NCBI RefSeq assembly: GCF_001186125.1
Contig: NW_014040439.1
Coordinates: 107,749 to 147,285 of the forward strand
Direction of reading: 5' to 3'
DNA length: 39,537 nucleotides
Source of the DNA: Sphaeroforma arctica JP610
Lineage: Eukaryota
The position numbers and the translations under genes are program-made. Shown here piece by piece: positions 12,492 through 24,979 of this stretch (positions are counted from its first letter, which is position 1; each line of letters starts with the position of its first letter). The notes beneath the pieces were generated by a model. The model was not told the DNA's origin, ran no database searches, and was given only the letters and a program-made list of their open reading frames with translations.

Positions 12492-13806
12492 CACATCAAC
12501 AGATGTTCCCCATACCCCGGCTAATCACGCTGTTGAAGTACTACTTCCACATTTCGGTACAAACCCAGTCATCGCGCTTGTTGGTTCCGCCTATGATCTT
12601 CCAGTACAGGCCAGCCAGCACATACCGAGTGCATTCGTGGTCTGATGCGGCATTGGCTTATACCCAACCTTGCTCTACTCGGTATTGTAAATTTCGATGG
12701 ATATTTCTATGTTTTAAACTATGTTATATAAAACAAGATACAATTTAAGTCAGTTAAGATTTAGCAGTGGTAGCTTGTGTAAGAATAATCGGGACTGCCT
12801 CTTGTAGAGTATGGAGAGTAGCTGAACGGTACGAGACAATAGGATACAATAGACCTCTTCTCAAGTACGGTTATCTCAGCTAGGAAAAGTCCCTAGACTG
12901 CGAGAACCGAACTGAGTCTTTAGTTGTGTTTTCACTAGACTCATATTTACTTGAGTGTTCCTCGGGAGTCCCGGTATAGCTTACCGGTTCTACCGCTAAT
13001 ATTTCTGATGATTCTAATATCGGAAATATTCCAATCCTAATTCCAAAACTCAGTATTTGATTATTCTGGGTTTTGGGATTTGGATTGGCTTTTTGATAAT
13101 CTGGTCCCTAGTAGATGCTACACTCTTGGTAAGAGCCTTAATATCCTCGATCACACAGGACGTACCAATTTTCACTAAAAGCACTAAGTGTTCATGACTA
13201 CATGCCTAATTTGTAGATAGACAGAAGAACGTAAGTCAAGTTAATACATTAGCTAATATAAATAAAGTTCCATCTGAAGAAAAGATAAAGAAAAAGAAAA
13301 AGACTTATTGGATTTTGGAGATTGGCGGGAAGACCAAAACCTGTAAGTAGTAGTTCAGATTATAAAATTTGTTTATAATATCCTACATTTACTATCGTCT
13401 CAAATAGGTCCATGTAAATGAGTCATACCAAATACTCAGGCTATTGGAGCCATCATTTTTTTTTTAGAACACTTTGGAAATCTTGGAAAAAGAACTTGTA
13501 TTAAATTATTCTCAATACAAATAAAAACCAATGTGATATCTCATTTGATCTTGATATTTTATACTGACCGGAGGCCGTATATCTACATAAATAGCTTTTA
13601 GAACTACGGACGTACGTGAAGGTACAATCTAGTTCGTAAAGTGAAAACCAAAGTAAACCGCTTTCGGTCATGGCTTATCGAGTAAGTATTTGCCCATATG
13701 TACGAGTTCAAGACTCATGTTGTACTCTTATGTCATTTAGTATTTGGTCCAGTAAGAGGAGACCGACTTATACATATTTTTAAGTTTATAATACGCTATC
13801 GATATT

Positions 13807-15113
13807 ATGACAAAAGGGAAGAATAGGGCAGCGAATGTAGTTAAGGCTGCAAACGCGAAAGAATTTGCTGTAGGCGAAGCGAAGCAGAAAACGCCCCCGG
13901 CACCACCAGAAGCTGCTGAGGCAACTGAGGTCACGCCAACACAAGTAGCACCAACTCTATCAAACTGGGAACGTAAGAAGTCGGCTGATTCGGGTGTAGG
14001 CTCTTCAGTTGGGAGCGTGACATCTGAGCCGCTGAAGCCACCAGCAAAGAAGTCAAGGTCCAGAAAGGGAAGGTTGAGCTCGGAAAATTCAACTTCAGAG
14101 AAAGTACGACATGCACTGGAATCAGATGTATCATCTCCACCAGTAGACACGCGCACCTATCATACCTATCATATGTTATCCCGAGATATGAGAACTTTCT
14201 TGAAAAACTACCAACCAATGGTACATGAACTGAGACCCACTAAGCAGCGGAAGAAAAAGCAAGCCGCAGCGAAGGATCAAGGTCATGGTGAATCAGGAGA
14301 AAATTACTCGGAGGATGTGCCAATAGCACACAAACTGTTGGATCAGCCCCAAATCAACGTAACGGAGGAACAACTGCGTTTCGTGGATATTGGTCCGGAT
14401 GATGTTGACCATACACTTCACCGTCAGGACGACGATTCGGACACCAGGCTGGATTCACAATTCTTGCGTTTACCCAAACACCACTCCGACCGGCTTGGCG
14501 ACAGAACTTTGATCTGGGCCATCCATACCAGACTCAGATTGATATCCAGGAGGAGGGTCAACGAGAGCTGATCCGACAGCGGGCCAACCGGGCATAGGTG
14601 TTAATGGGTGTTAAGACCAAGCCGGATGGTACAATCTCACTTAGGTTTGTAATGAATGCAGCGGTAAGAAATTTTAGGCTCGATTTGTTTAGAGATTCTA
14701 ATTACTACAATCGGCTAGTAGCAATGAAGACTGACGAGGATAAGCAGGCACGCAAACGTTTTCGTCAGTTTCAAAAGATACTACCGAAGGTATTCGGAAT
14801 TAAGAGAGATGTAAGTTTTGCACACTTAATTTGGTACGCAATTTGCGATCTTCTTGGAGATATTCCCGATTTGATATCGAACCATTTGGCACTCTATCAA
14901 GCCATATTGGTATTTGAGATGTTGTCCAGACAATGGAGAGGCAAACACAATCCGATCTTCATCATCCGAAGCTCAATCTTCTCCTGGATTGGATGCAACA
15001 ACAATGTCACGAATGGCATCCGAACAGGAGCCTGTACCAAATCCACCTACGGAAGGCAATCCACAGAATGCCCCAGAGGTAGTTCCGAAGGACAAACCGA
15101 CCGAAGAGCCTAA
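13807..15113 (+). pseudogene. Unknown 5' accessory ORF of the retroelement (basic, S/P-rich N-terminus followed by a globular-looking segment)
   Basis: ORFs 13807-14571 and 14598-15113 have protein-like composition and are co-oriented immediately upstream of gag. No recognisable domain. Confidence 0.45.
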
Positions 15114-16486
15114 ACCTGATCAGGCGGAAGCAAAAACATATTTGTCATCATCGGGAGACAGTTCGCCCCCAGCGGCTATCCCAACGACGACACAAGATGC
15201 TGATCCATCACATGCGTTCATACACATAGAACAGGTCGATGGATCAAAGAATGAGGCAGACATGTGACTGCAAGGTATCAGATCACTCCAGTAGTGATTT
15301 GAAAATAGCTGAATTCTCTGTTTAAATGAACAAAGCTGAGGCTGCTTCTCTCGAGGCGATGGATCAAGGTAGGATTGATGCCGCTAGTCTTTACATGTCA
15401 ATGGCTGCGCACTTCCAGACCAAGATTGATTCAGAACTAAGAGTGATTCAGACCGAGAAGGCTGTGGAAGGCAAGAAGTTTGTAAAGGACATAGGTAAAC
15501 TACCAACGGCATACATATCTGATCGAAAGGACCGAAAGGATCCAATCGATACTAGCAGTCTGGCGTTGTTATCTAGGTATTTGAAGGAGTTTGACAGATT
15601 ATGCTTACAGCAAATCTACGTAAGAATCTATGGTTCGAAGCAGCGCAGCAGAGCTTTAAGCCGTCCTCTTACAAGTACAACAAGTTGGAGAAGGCGAAAC
15701 AAGCGATCACTAAGCTGAAGACGTGGAAAGAGCAGAGTGAGATGATCGTTATCTATTCTCGACGGACCCTCAACCGGAATTGCTTGTATCGATCATGATA
15801 CCACCGGAAGAAGGAACGCCAGTGTCCCACTACCTACTGGAGTTGAACACACACATGTCAAGGGCCCAGACTCGGAAGATATCACCTGATATGCTAATCA
15901 TGTGTGTACTATGGGTGCAGACAATCTTTTGGTCGAGCCTGCATAGGAAAGATCAAGAGATCCTGTATGCTGATATGCATCAATCTTACCCGGACAAGGT
16001 ACGAGAGATCTCCATTGAGGGACCTACCTACGGTATTATGAAGCTTGCTGACTTAACCTGGGCTGAGTTTTACTCGAGAGCAGATCAGACGTTTACGAAA
16101 CGTCCCAGTTCCGTGGTGAAAGTCACCAATGTCCAGAAGAAGGTCGGAGGCAATCTCGCCGGAGGATCAGGCATGGTCGAAACTCTCAGTCTACTAATGG
16201 AGGTCAGAAGGTGAACAAGGGAGGTGACAAAGGTGGCCATAAGAACAAAAATACCAATGGTTCCGATGGCAACAAGAACAATGTCATCCCTAAGGGTAAC
16301 CAGACCGCCAGAAATGGACCACCTGCAGGCAATCCGAAGCCCAGGCATAGGGAGGTCAAGAACTGTAGTGAGACTGATTGCAATTGGCGAATGACCCAAC
16401 ATGAGCCGAATGGCAGATGGAATAGGAGGCACGCAGACAAGTGTAAGCACTTTGTCACGAAGTGTGCCGACTTGCAAGGGTTTTAG
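14914..16486 (+). pseudogene. Gag-like ORF, frameshifted
   Basis: It sits directly before PR. Helical-looking segments are followed by a G/N/K-rich tract and a Cys/His cluster (CSETDC...H...H..KCKH...C) at the nucleocapsid position. Confidence 0.55.
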
Positions 16487-16579
16487 GGTTGCAAGGTGCA
16501 ACCAAAGGTTGATGTTAAGTGACAAACATACCGAGTCTTGTCACTACGACAAAAGAACGCACCTCAAGACGAGCGTGTC

Positions 16580-18350
16580 ATCCTTGATATACGAGTTAAT
16601 GGACATTAAAAAAAAGCGTTGTTGGGTCCAGGCTCGCAAATTTCATGTATATCATCTAGATTCTGTAAGATGACAGACATAACTCGTAAGTCAGAACCAA
16701 CTATGTTGAAACTGGCTGACGAAAGAGAGATCACTTGTAGAGAGATGGCGATCGATCTTAGGTTTACTTTGACAGACCAACGTACTACAGTTACTAAGGC
16801 AGTCATATGTAACACATCACCTGACTATGATCTCATAGTGAGCATGGGTGATTTATTGTCACTAGGTATAGTAAATACAGGCTTACCTATGAACATTGAA
16901 CCACAGAAGGATCAGTCGGACGATAAACCTTCGAAGACTGTGAACGAGATGATCCCTCACTTCACAAAGAAACTCAAGGACTTACTTTTTGAAAATGACA
17001 AGACCAAGATTACTGACTGGGCTAAGTTCAAATTCAACAACGGATATGTTAGTCTAATCTGACCAGAGTGGATTTCTCGAAGTTGAAGCGTCCTACACGT
17101 AACTATGTTGCATGGCGTTATGAGCAGGTCGTACGTGAGCAGGTTAAACTTGGTTAGATGATGGAGTGATCGCCGTCAACTACGACCCGACTCCCGTCAA
17201 CCTAGCGCTTTTAGTCGTCGACCAGTTCAACTCTGACGTGACGCTGAAGAAGGTTTGGGTGTGTTTGGACATAAGCGCCAATAACGCTCTGATACCGACA
17301 CACAATTTTCACTTACCAAGGATAAACGAACTACTCAGGCGTATGGAGGGAGCTAATATATTTTCCACTATCGACCTGAAGCAGGGCTACCACCAGATGA
17401 AGATGTACAAGCCACATCGGAAGTATTTCACCTTTACCTGGGAGGGTCAGTAATATTTGTTCAAAGGCGCCCCCTTTGGGTTACACATTTTACCTGCCTT
17501 CTTCCAGCAGATAATGCAAGATTTGTTTAGGGACATGTACAATGTACAAGTATACATTGATGACATTGTGGTACTCACCAAAACCAAAGAGGAACACGAC
17601 AGGGTTGTGCGAGAGGCCCTAGACAGACTCAACAAGCACAACTTTAATGTCAACAGTAAGAAATATCACTTCGGTGTCAACGAGATTCAACTGTTGGGTT
17701 ACCGAGTATCCGGGGATGGAATCATGATCGATCCCGGGAAGGTCGGACACTAGCTAGACTGGAGAACTCCTACCACAGAAAAGGATGTCAACAGCATGTG
17801 CGGACTCGGCAACTTTTTGTCTGACGGGGTACCACACCTGGCGAGCTACTTGAAGCCCTTTGGACATTTGAGATGTCATAAAGGCAAACTAGGCGCACTG
17901 TGGACCAAAGACTGTGATGACGCATTTAAGCAGCCCAAAACAGTGATTCAGCAGGCACCAGTAGTCCAGCCACCAAAGTATGGTATTCCATTCATGGTAG
18001 CAACAGACGCGTCCGACATGGCACTCGGCGGCGTTCTGTATCAAATGATTGAAGGGAAACCAAGATATGTACAGTTCTTTAGCAGGGCTATGAACTCGTC
18101 TCAGATCAATTACCCAACCGTGCAACAAGAGCTTTTGGCTATTGTTACTGCACTCACTCATTTTAAGGACTATCTATATGGCACACACTTTAACGTGCTA
18201 TGTGATCAGAAGTCATTGCAACACCTAAAGGACATGAAAAATAACTCACAGTTAGTCAGTCGGTGGCATGACACAATTGCGAAATTTTCTTTCGGCATAA
18301 CACACATACCGGGTTTTCACAATCACTTACCCCACATGTTGTCTCGCTTC
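16580..18350 (+). pseudogene. Pol: aspartic protease, reverse transcriptase and RNase H (Ty3/gypsy type)
   Basis: PR: VILDIRVNGH*KKALLGPGSQISCIS (catalytic Asp replaced by Gly) and YDLIVSM. RT: FSTIDLKQGYHQ, APFGL, VYIDDIVV (17553), IQLLGY. RH: FMVATDASDMALGGVLYQ, FFSR, YPTVQQELLAIV, VLCDQKSL, RW, HIPG..N...MLSR. Confidence 0.92.
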
Positions 18351-18389
18351 GTACCAGATTGTAACAATATGGTTAGGGAGTTACTTAGG

Positions 18390-18770
18390 TGGTTTAAGAT
18401 CGCTGACAACACACATGGACCACATACCATAGATATGTTTGCCGCACATCATAATGAGCAACTGCCGAGGTACCGGACATTGGAACATCCGGAAGGAGTC
18501 GGATTCCAGATAGACTTGTCTAACGAGAATGCCTGGGCAAATCCTCCATGGCTATCAATACCACAGTTACTAAATTATATACATATTCAAGATGCTACCA
18601 TCACGTAGTGTTGTCCCCTAAGACACTCAGATAAATGGCTACCACAGTTGATCTCAATGATACAATGTGGGCCGATCTATGAGGATAGAGAGGTAGATAC
18701 TTTCTATGCCAGGGTACCCGTGCAGTCCAGAAGACGCCTTGGCGACATACTATAATATGTCGAATAGGTC
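18390..18770 (+). pseudogene. N6-adenine DNA methyltransferase domain (DIRS/phage Dam-like) fused in frame after RNase H
   Basis: WFKIADNTHGPHTIDMFAAHHNEQLPRY (SAM-binding DxFA at 18432) and AWANPPW (catalytic NPPW at 18540-18551). It continues ATIT*CCPLRHSDKWLPQLISM...GP...DTF, then after a frameshift KTPWRHTIICRI. Confidence 0.85.
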
Positions 18771-19429
18771 CTGTTGGAACAACCAAGTGGACTCCATCCG
18801 AGACTTTCAAACAGAAGGTTGATGAGTCCAAGATTCCACTCTTGAATCCTAAGTCTCAAGCAGAGACTGGGACAACACAAGCACCTGCAGTATGTGTTAC
18901 CGAGATACAGCCAAATTCAAAGGAATCAAAGAGGAGCGCAACACTAGCGAAAGCCTTTTACAAGAAGATACGGTCTGACAGGGAAACTGCATACCAAGCA
19001 GAGACTCGATTGTCTTTTGAGAGACTAAAGTAGTAGACGTATTTCTATATACGTTAATAACGTTTTACGTCGTCAGCCCAAGAGTAATTTTGGGTCAGCC
19101 CGAGAGAACGTAAGAGTAATTCGAGACTTCTTCTCAAAATATTCTATTTATAGAATACGGGCCACCGGCTAGCCGAGAGCCGAGGTCCGAGACTGAGTGT
19201 AGTATCAGAGAATATGATATATTTATTTCTGGAAAATATATCCGAGTGCTAGTGTTCTGCATAAGGTTTCTCATACTGATCATATAAGTTTTTACCCTGG
19301 CCAACCTAAGTGGTTGAACACTAGTACAAACACCATCAGTATATGACTTAGTATAATAAATTTACCCAATATGCGTACAACTCGGACCAAGAAAATAAAA
19401 TAGTTGCACGCAATATTTTATTCATGACG

Positions 19430-19590
19430 TACACACATCACATACTGTCGTAATAATCTCTAATAATTTATGCTACATAGCCAACATATAGCGCATATAT
19501 CACATACTGCCATACCAACACATGCTACATCATATGCTACATAACCAGCATATATCACATTCTGCAATATCAGCATATGCGCCATATAAT
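19430..19590. repeat. Degenerate CATA-rich short tandem repeats
   Basis: Recurrent ATGCTACAT, CATATATCACAT and CATACTG units. Confidence 0.55.
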
Positions 19591-19984
19591 ATTTAATAAC
19601 GTAATGTCAATCAGTTGCATGACTATAGTTAAATAGTGTATATAGAATAACTAGTGCAACAGGATCATTATTCATATTTGACTTGTGAATACAGTTTATA
19701 TACTTGAAGTTTGTACGATGACTAGTAAGCAGGCTACACCAGCTACACCGAAAGTAAAGGGTAGAATTGCTGATGGTGACGCAACACCCGCGAGAATAAC
19801 CCCCAAACGAGAAGCAAAGTATAATAATCCGTACTGTACAAAGTATGCCGCAGACGGTAAGGATAACAGCAACCGTAAACGAGTTGTCTGGGCAAAACAG
19901 CGACCGACCAAATAAAACTCTTGACCTTGGAGGTAAGGAACCCAAAGGTAAGGAGGAAAATGGGTTACCTAAAGGTAGGGAATA

Positions 19985-20147
19985 AAAGCAAAAGCCAAAG
20001 TGTTTGCTTAATATACCCTATGAAGAGAAGGTTCATGCGCACAAGCATGAGATAAAGACAGGTACCCTACTTTTACTACCCGATAGGAAGCTGTACCGTG
20101 TTCAGAATGTGAAGCAGGATGGCAATTGTCTTCCAAGATATACATAG
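19985..20147 (+). pseudogene. Possible OTU-like cysteine protease N-terminal fragment, cut off at the MULE TIR
   Basis: The frame reads ...PDRKLYRVQNVKQDGNCLPR. V..DGNCL is the OTU catalytic Cys box, and the frame ends where the TIR begins. Confidence 0.45.
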
Positions 20148-20386
20148 TTTTGGAAGGTAAATATGGTTCTATTAATAGTATTAGACTAAATCTTATATTT
20201 GGTATTTTACTGGGGCCTTTTAATGACCTTGTCCAAATATCTAATATGTAAAATGGAAAAGGTGTTAATTAATAAAACCGTTAAAACCCATTTAAGGAAA
20301 ACTGAGTTTACGTACTTTTAAGAGTACGTTTTGCGTACTATTAAGAGTACGTTTATATTACAAGATTCTAATGTGGAGGCCCGGCT
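20135..20386 (+). repeat. Left terminal inverted repeat
   Basis: AAGATATACATA...TTTGGTATTTTACTGGGGCCTTTTAATG...TCTAATGTGGAGGCCCGGCT is a diverged reverse complement of 27678-27935. Confidence 0.88.
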
Positions 20387-20394
20387 TTTACATA

Positions 20395-20480
20395 GATAAG
20401 CGTTCCACTCTCGCCTCCCGCTAGATAAGCGTCCCACTCTCGCCTTCCGTTAGTTATGCGTCCCACTCTCGCCTCCCGCT
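20395..20480 (+). repeat. Subterminal ~29-bp tandem repeats (x3)
   Basis: TAGATAAGCGTCCCACTCTCGCCTCCCGC units. Inverted related copies occur at about 27293-27400. Confidence 0.8.
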
Positions 20481-21461
20481 GGCTCAAATAGCAATTTGCG
20501 CATCGCTGCGCACACGTGCATGCGTAGATGCAATTTTATGTACACGGATAAGCACGCGCACATAGTCACGTATTGTACATACATCTCATAAATATACCTC
20601 TAAATTTTAAGAGAAGTTATTTTTTCAATGCAATGCAAACGTATTTTACATCGTACGCACTAGCGCATGCCTGCGTGCACAAATGAATGATTGGAACGCA
20701 GATCTTATTACTGTAGTGACGCATTACCATAAATTTATANNNNNNNNNNNNNNNNNNNNNNNNNNNNNNNNNNNNNNNNNNNNNNNNNNNNNNNNNNNNN
20801 NNNNNNNNNNNNNNNNNNNNNNNNNNNNNNNNNNNNNNNNNNNNNNNNNNNNNNNNNNNNNNNNNNNNNNNNNNNNNNNNNNNNNNNNNNNNNNNNNNNN
20901 NNNNNNNNNNNNNNNNNNNNNNNNNNNNNNNNNNNNNNNNNNNNNNNNNNNNNNNNNNNNNNNNNNNNNNNNNNNNNNNNNNNNNNNNNNNNNNNNNNNN
21001 NNNNNNNNNNNNNNNNNNNNNNNNNNNNNNNNNNNNNNNNNNNNNNNNNNNNNNNNNNNNNNNNNNNNNNNNNNNNNNNNNNNNNNNNNNNNNNNNNNNN
21101 NNNNNNNNNNNNNNNNNNNNNNNNNNNNNNNNNNNNNNNNNNNNNNNNNNNNNNNNNNNNNNNNNNNNNNNNNNNNNNNNNNNNNNNNNNNNNNNNNNNN
21201 NNNNNNNNNNNNNNNNNNNNNNNNNNNNNNNNNNNNNNNNNNNNNNNNNNNNNNNNNNNNNNNNNNNNNNNNNNNNNNNNNNNNNNNNNNNNNNNNNNNN
21301 NNNNNNNNNNNNNNNNNNNNNNNNNNNNNNNNNNNNNNNNNNNNNNNNNNNNNNNNNNNNNNNNNNNNNNNNNNNNNNNNNNNNNNNNNNNNNNNNNNNN
21401 NNNNNNNNNNNNNNNNNNNNNNNNNNNNNNNNNNNNNNNNNNNNNNNNNNNNNNNNNNNNN

Positions 21462-21652
21462 GCCTCTCTTGCACATATCTCTCGTACACCTCTCGCACAC
21501 CTCTCTTGCACACCTCTCTCGCACACCTCTCTCGCACATCTCTCTTGCACATATCTCCGCACACCTCTCTCGCACATATCTCTCGCACGCCTCTCTTGCA
21601 CATATCTCTCGTACACCTCTCGCACATCTCTCTCGCACATCTCTCTCGCACA
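21462..21652. repeat. CTCTCGCACA-type minisatellite adjoining the gap
   Basis: Repeated CTCTC(G/TT)GCACA(C/T) units. Confidence 0.85.
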
Positions 21653-22523
21653 CCACATATTGATCCATTTTGATCTATAAACTATAGAGCGGACGGGGAA
21701 CATGACCCTGAGTCATCAAAATCCACCATCGTGGACATCACCGGACCGGAAGCAGAAGAGCGGCAAAAGACAACACCGGAGCAAGCTTTAAAGGAGAGCA
21801 AGAAAAAAAAGAAAAAAAAAGCCTTCTCGAGAAAGTTACCTAATCCGGAAGCGTTGAAACCTCCTAATAGATTATCATCAGCTAAAAATACCCCTGACGA
21901 AAAGCTGCATGACCATGGTGACACAGCCGGAATACTGCATACAGGCAGTGAAGACAAGAACGTCGACTGGGATAGAAGCACCGACAGCAAACTTGACTTA
22001 GACTGGCAGTGATAACATTGGCGATGATGAAGATGGCGACGACAGAGAAAATGAAAAGGAAAACATCCCTGACGCTGACAAGCCCGACACGGAAAATAGA
22101 AAGGATAACATACCTGACGCTGACGCTGACGAGCCCTATCTACCAAAATTGATACCCAAAAAGGATTTCTGGGACTGTGCCATACAACGCGAACACGATT
22201 ATGACAAAACAGATAAGAATATTTCAAGAGGATGTATCTGGGAGGAACAACTACATCCAGATAAAAAATTCAAAACCTAGGCTGAAGCGAGGAGGTTGTG
22301 CGATAAGATTGCTGACATTTGCAATGTGGTGCTATGTAGCAATGTAGACTTGAAGCGAGGTAAAGGGGTGTTAGCTCACAACAGAAGCGGTTCTGCCACA
22401 AAATTGAGAAACCGCAATAAGGTTAGAAGATATTTAGCTAAGCAGGTAACTCACAAAGTACCAAAACATCGCATGAGGCATTCCATAAAATGTGACTGCA
22501 AATTCAAGGTAAGGCTATTTATG

Positions 22524-22667
22524 TGCCCCTCTCTCGCCTCCTTCCAATTAAGCGCCCCTCTCTCGCCCACCTCTAAGTTAAGGGCCCCTCTCTCGCCCCC
22601 CTCAAATTAAGCGTCCCTCTCTCGCCTACCTCTAAGTTAAGCGCCGCACTCTTGCCCCCCTCCAAGT
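22524..22667 (+). repeat. Intronic ~30-bp minisatellite
   Basis: TTAAGCGCCCCTCTCTCGCC units, about 5 copies. Confidence 0.85.
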
Positions 22668-23508
22668 ATAACACACTTAATAATATTTTATGCTTTCAGC
22701 TTAACTTCGTGCACACGGACGCACCACCAGGTTTTGACCCAACTCCATTTATAAGTGGTGAGAAGTATGACGGTTGGATAGCGCCAGGCGTAAGTCATTT
22801 TATACACACTGAAGGATGCAACCCCTGCAATGAACAAGCAACTGTTTCGTTTGTAGTAAGTGGGAAACTGTCAAATGGGACAGATTTGGACTCGAGGTAA
22901 GCAACTAATGATGTCAGAAAAGGTATATTTTATGTGGAATATAATGGTGTTTAGAGAGGAAGAGTGCAAAAGAGGTGAATTTAAAAACAAATTTCATTAA
23001 CAAATTATATATATGCAGATGAAGAACATCCTAGTTACCATGGCCATGCGGAAATGCCCGACGAACGAGTTCCGGAAGTATATACTTTAGGTGTTTCCAG
23101 ATGAAGTATTCGCTACAGCCCAAACTATACATAACATCCGAGTCGTAAGTTATATCAAAAAAAAATTATCGGTTACTGTTTTATGACACACCATACATCG
23201 TTTTAGGGTTTAGGGTTATCGTATACTTATGTTACATAACCTGCCACACGCTAAATATGTGCTTATTTATGCATGCACTTATATTCAGAACGCTATCAAA
23301 TACGCCTTAAGATACAAAATGAGCAAACAACTTTTTGACGATGTTAAGACCTTGCCGTCTTATAATAAGAGGTCAAGCACATTTGCACCTGGTGAGGAAA
23401 TATCAGAGGAGTGCATCGAGGAGTTTGTGAAGATAACAGAATGTGAAGAAGCAATGAACTCGTAAGCATTTTAGGGTTTGTACGTATAAACCTCGATGTG
23501 GTGTCTCT

Positions 23509-23728
23509 TTCTAATGCATAACTCTAATACATAACTCTAATGCATACCTCTAATCCTCACCTCTAATGCATACCTCTAATTCTCACCTTTAATGCATAAC
23601 TCTAGTGCATACCTATGCGTACCTTTAATGTATACCTCTAATGCATAACTCTAATGCATACCTCTAACGCATAACTCTAATGCATACCTCTAATGCATAA
23701 TTCTAATGCATACCTCTAATCCTCATCT
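23509..23728 (+). repeat. Intronic 13-bp minisatellite
   Basis: CTCTAATGCATA(A/C) units, about 16 copies. Confidence 0.9.
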
Positions 23729-24798
23729 CGGGAGCGACTTTCTCAACTTCTTCAAATTGGCACAATCTATGAACCCGCACCTGTATGTTCGAACTCTGCG
23801 CGACAAAGCGACCAATGTTCTCAAATGTGTTCTTTGGATGACGAACACCATGAGAAAGAATTATAGAAATTTTGGTCGTATTGTCAGCATGAATGCTCGC
23901 CAGAAGGGGAATAAGGAGTGGTGGTGGCAAATCTCTATATTGGTAGGGCCAGGCAACGACGGCAAAATCAAGTACTTCGGTGCTATGCTATTCTATATGG
24001 AGACGAAAGAAGTATATAGATTTGCATTAGATTCTCTACATAAATCAATGGGCGAGAGGGCGCCATTGAAAACTAAGATAAATTTTGCCGATGGATTTTT
24101 GAATCAATCCGATGTTAGAGAAGGACAGTTTTATTTTGCTGATAGCTACAATACATGGCAGACTATCAGTAAGAATCTTGGTAGGTACTACAGTGGGCGG
24201 GTGAAAAAGGCCTTGGACAAAGATATGCACGCCACAACACAACAACTATGTGACCATTACCTTGATATTGCCATTGATATACTGTCTCAGAAGAATGCTG
24301 CCACTGGGGTTCGATTCTTGAATAAGATGAAGCAATCATCTGAACACATGTTTGAATGGGGTATAGCTGGAAAGCTCACAATGGGGCTTAAAGGGTCACA
24401 GATGAGTGAATCGTCAAATTCTCAACTGGAAGCTTGGTTCAAGTCTTTGATACTTACAATGCCTAGACTTTTCACTGGCATATGCAAAATTGCCAATCAG
24501 ATGCATTCAGCCAGTAGAATAGCAAGAATCAGGTATAATATGATATGCAACATAGGGAAGTACGATGATGACGGCCCGCCTAGATTCCACGAGCCCGTTC
24601 ACATAGCAGACTGCAGAAAGTGGGGCAGTGAAATATGTACCGAGCGGGTTTCAGTCGAGGTTGATTAGGCCAGATCGTATCGTATCGACTCATCCCAGGA
24701 CCTCGGAGAAAATGTGACGTCCTACAAGTGCGCGTACGACGGAAGAGAGGACCGATACCTAACCGTTTTAGGGACAGGAGAAAGGTAATCGTTCACTA

Positions 24799-24979
24799 CT
24801 TATGCGCCCCACTAATCTACATCGCTTATGCGCCCTACTAATCTCCACCGCTTGTGCGCCCCACTAATTTACACAGTTTATGCGACCCACTAATCTACAC
24901 CGCTTGTGCGCCCCACTAATCTACACCGCTTATACGCCCCACTAATCTACACCGCTTATGCGCCCCACTAATCTACACC
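24799..24979 (+). repeat. Intronic ~27-bp minisatellite
   Basis: CTTATGCGCCCCACTAATCTACACCG units, about 7 copies. Confidence 0.9.

Larger units (their letters stand above)
13807..19033 (+). mobile_element. Decayed Ty3/gypsy-type retrotransposon: accessory ORF, gag-like, PR, RT, RNase H, N6-adenine MTase; 3' end (integrase) missing and no LTR pair identified
   Basis: Co-oriented ORF fragments carry PR, RT, RH and MTase motifs in order, with several in-frame stops (17451, 17751, 18606) and frameshifts. Confidence 0.88.

Noticed and set aside
16475..16490. GGGTTTT slippery site or TAG readthrough at the gag-pol junction
   Set aside because: The heptamer is not in canonical phase, and PR is in the same frame as the gag end. 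With further stops just downstream, decay cannot be told apart from programmed readthrough.
12750..19400. LTR pair, PBS or PPT for the gypsy element
   Set aside because: Only very short similarities were found (for example GAC.TCTTCTCAA near 12852 and 19125), with no convincing long direct repeat.
24799..24979. Regular repeat arrays (also 22524-22667 and 30100-30399) as possible CRISPR arrays
   Set aside because: They are head-to-tail tandem repeats with no unique spacers, in a eukaryotic context with no cas genes.
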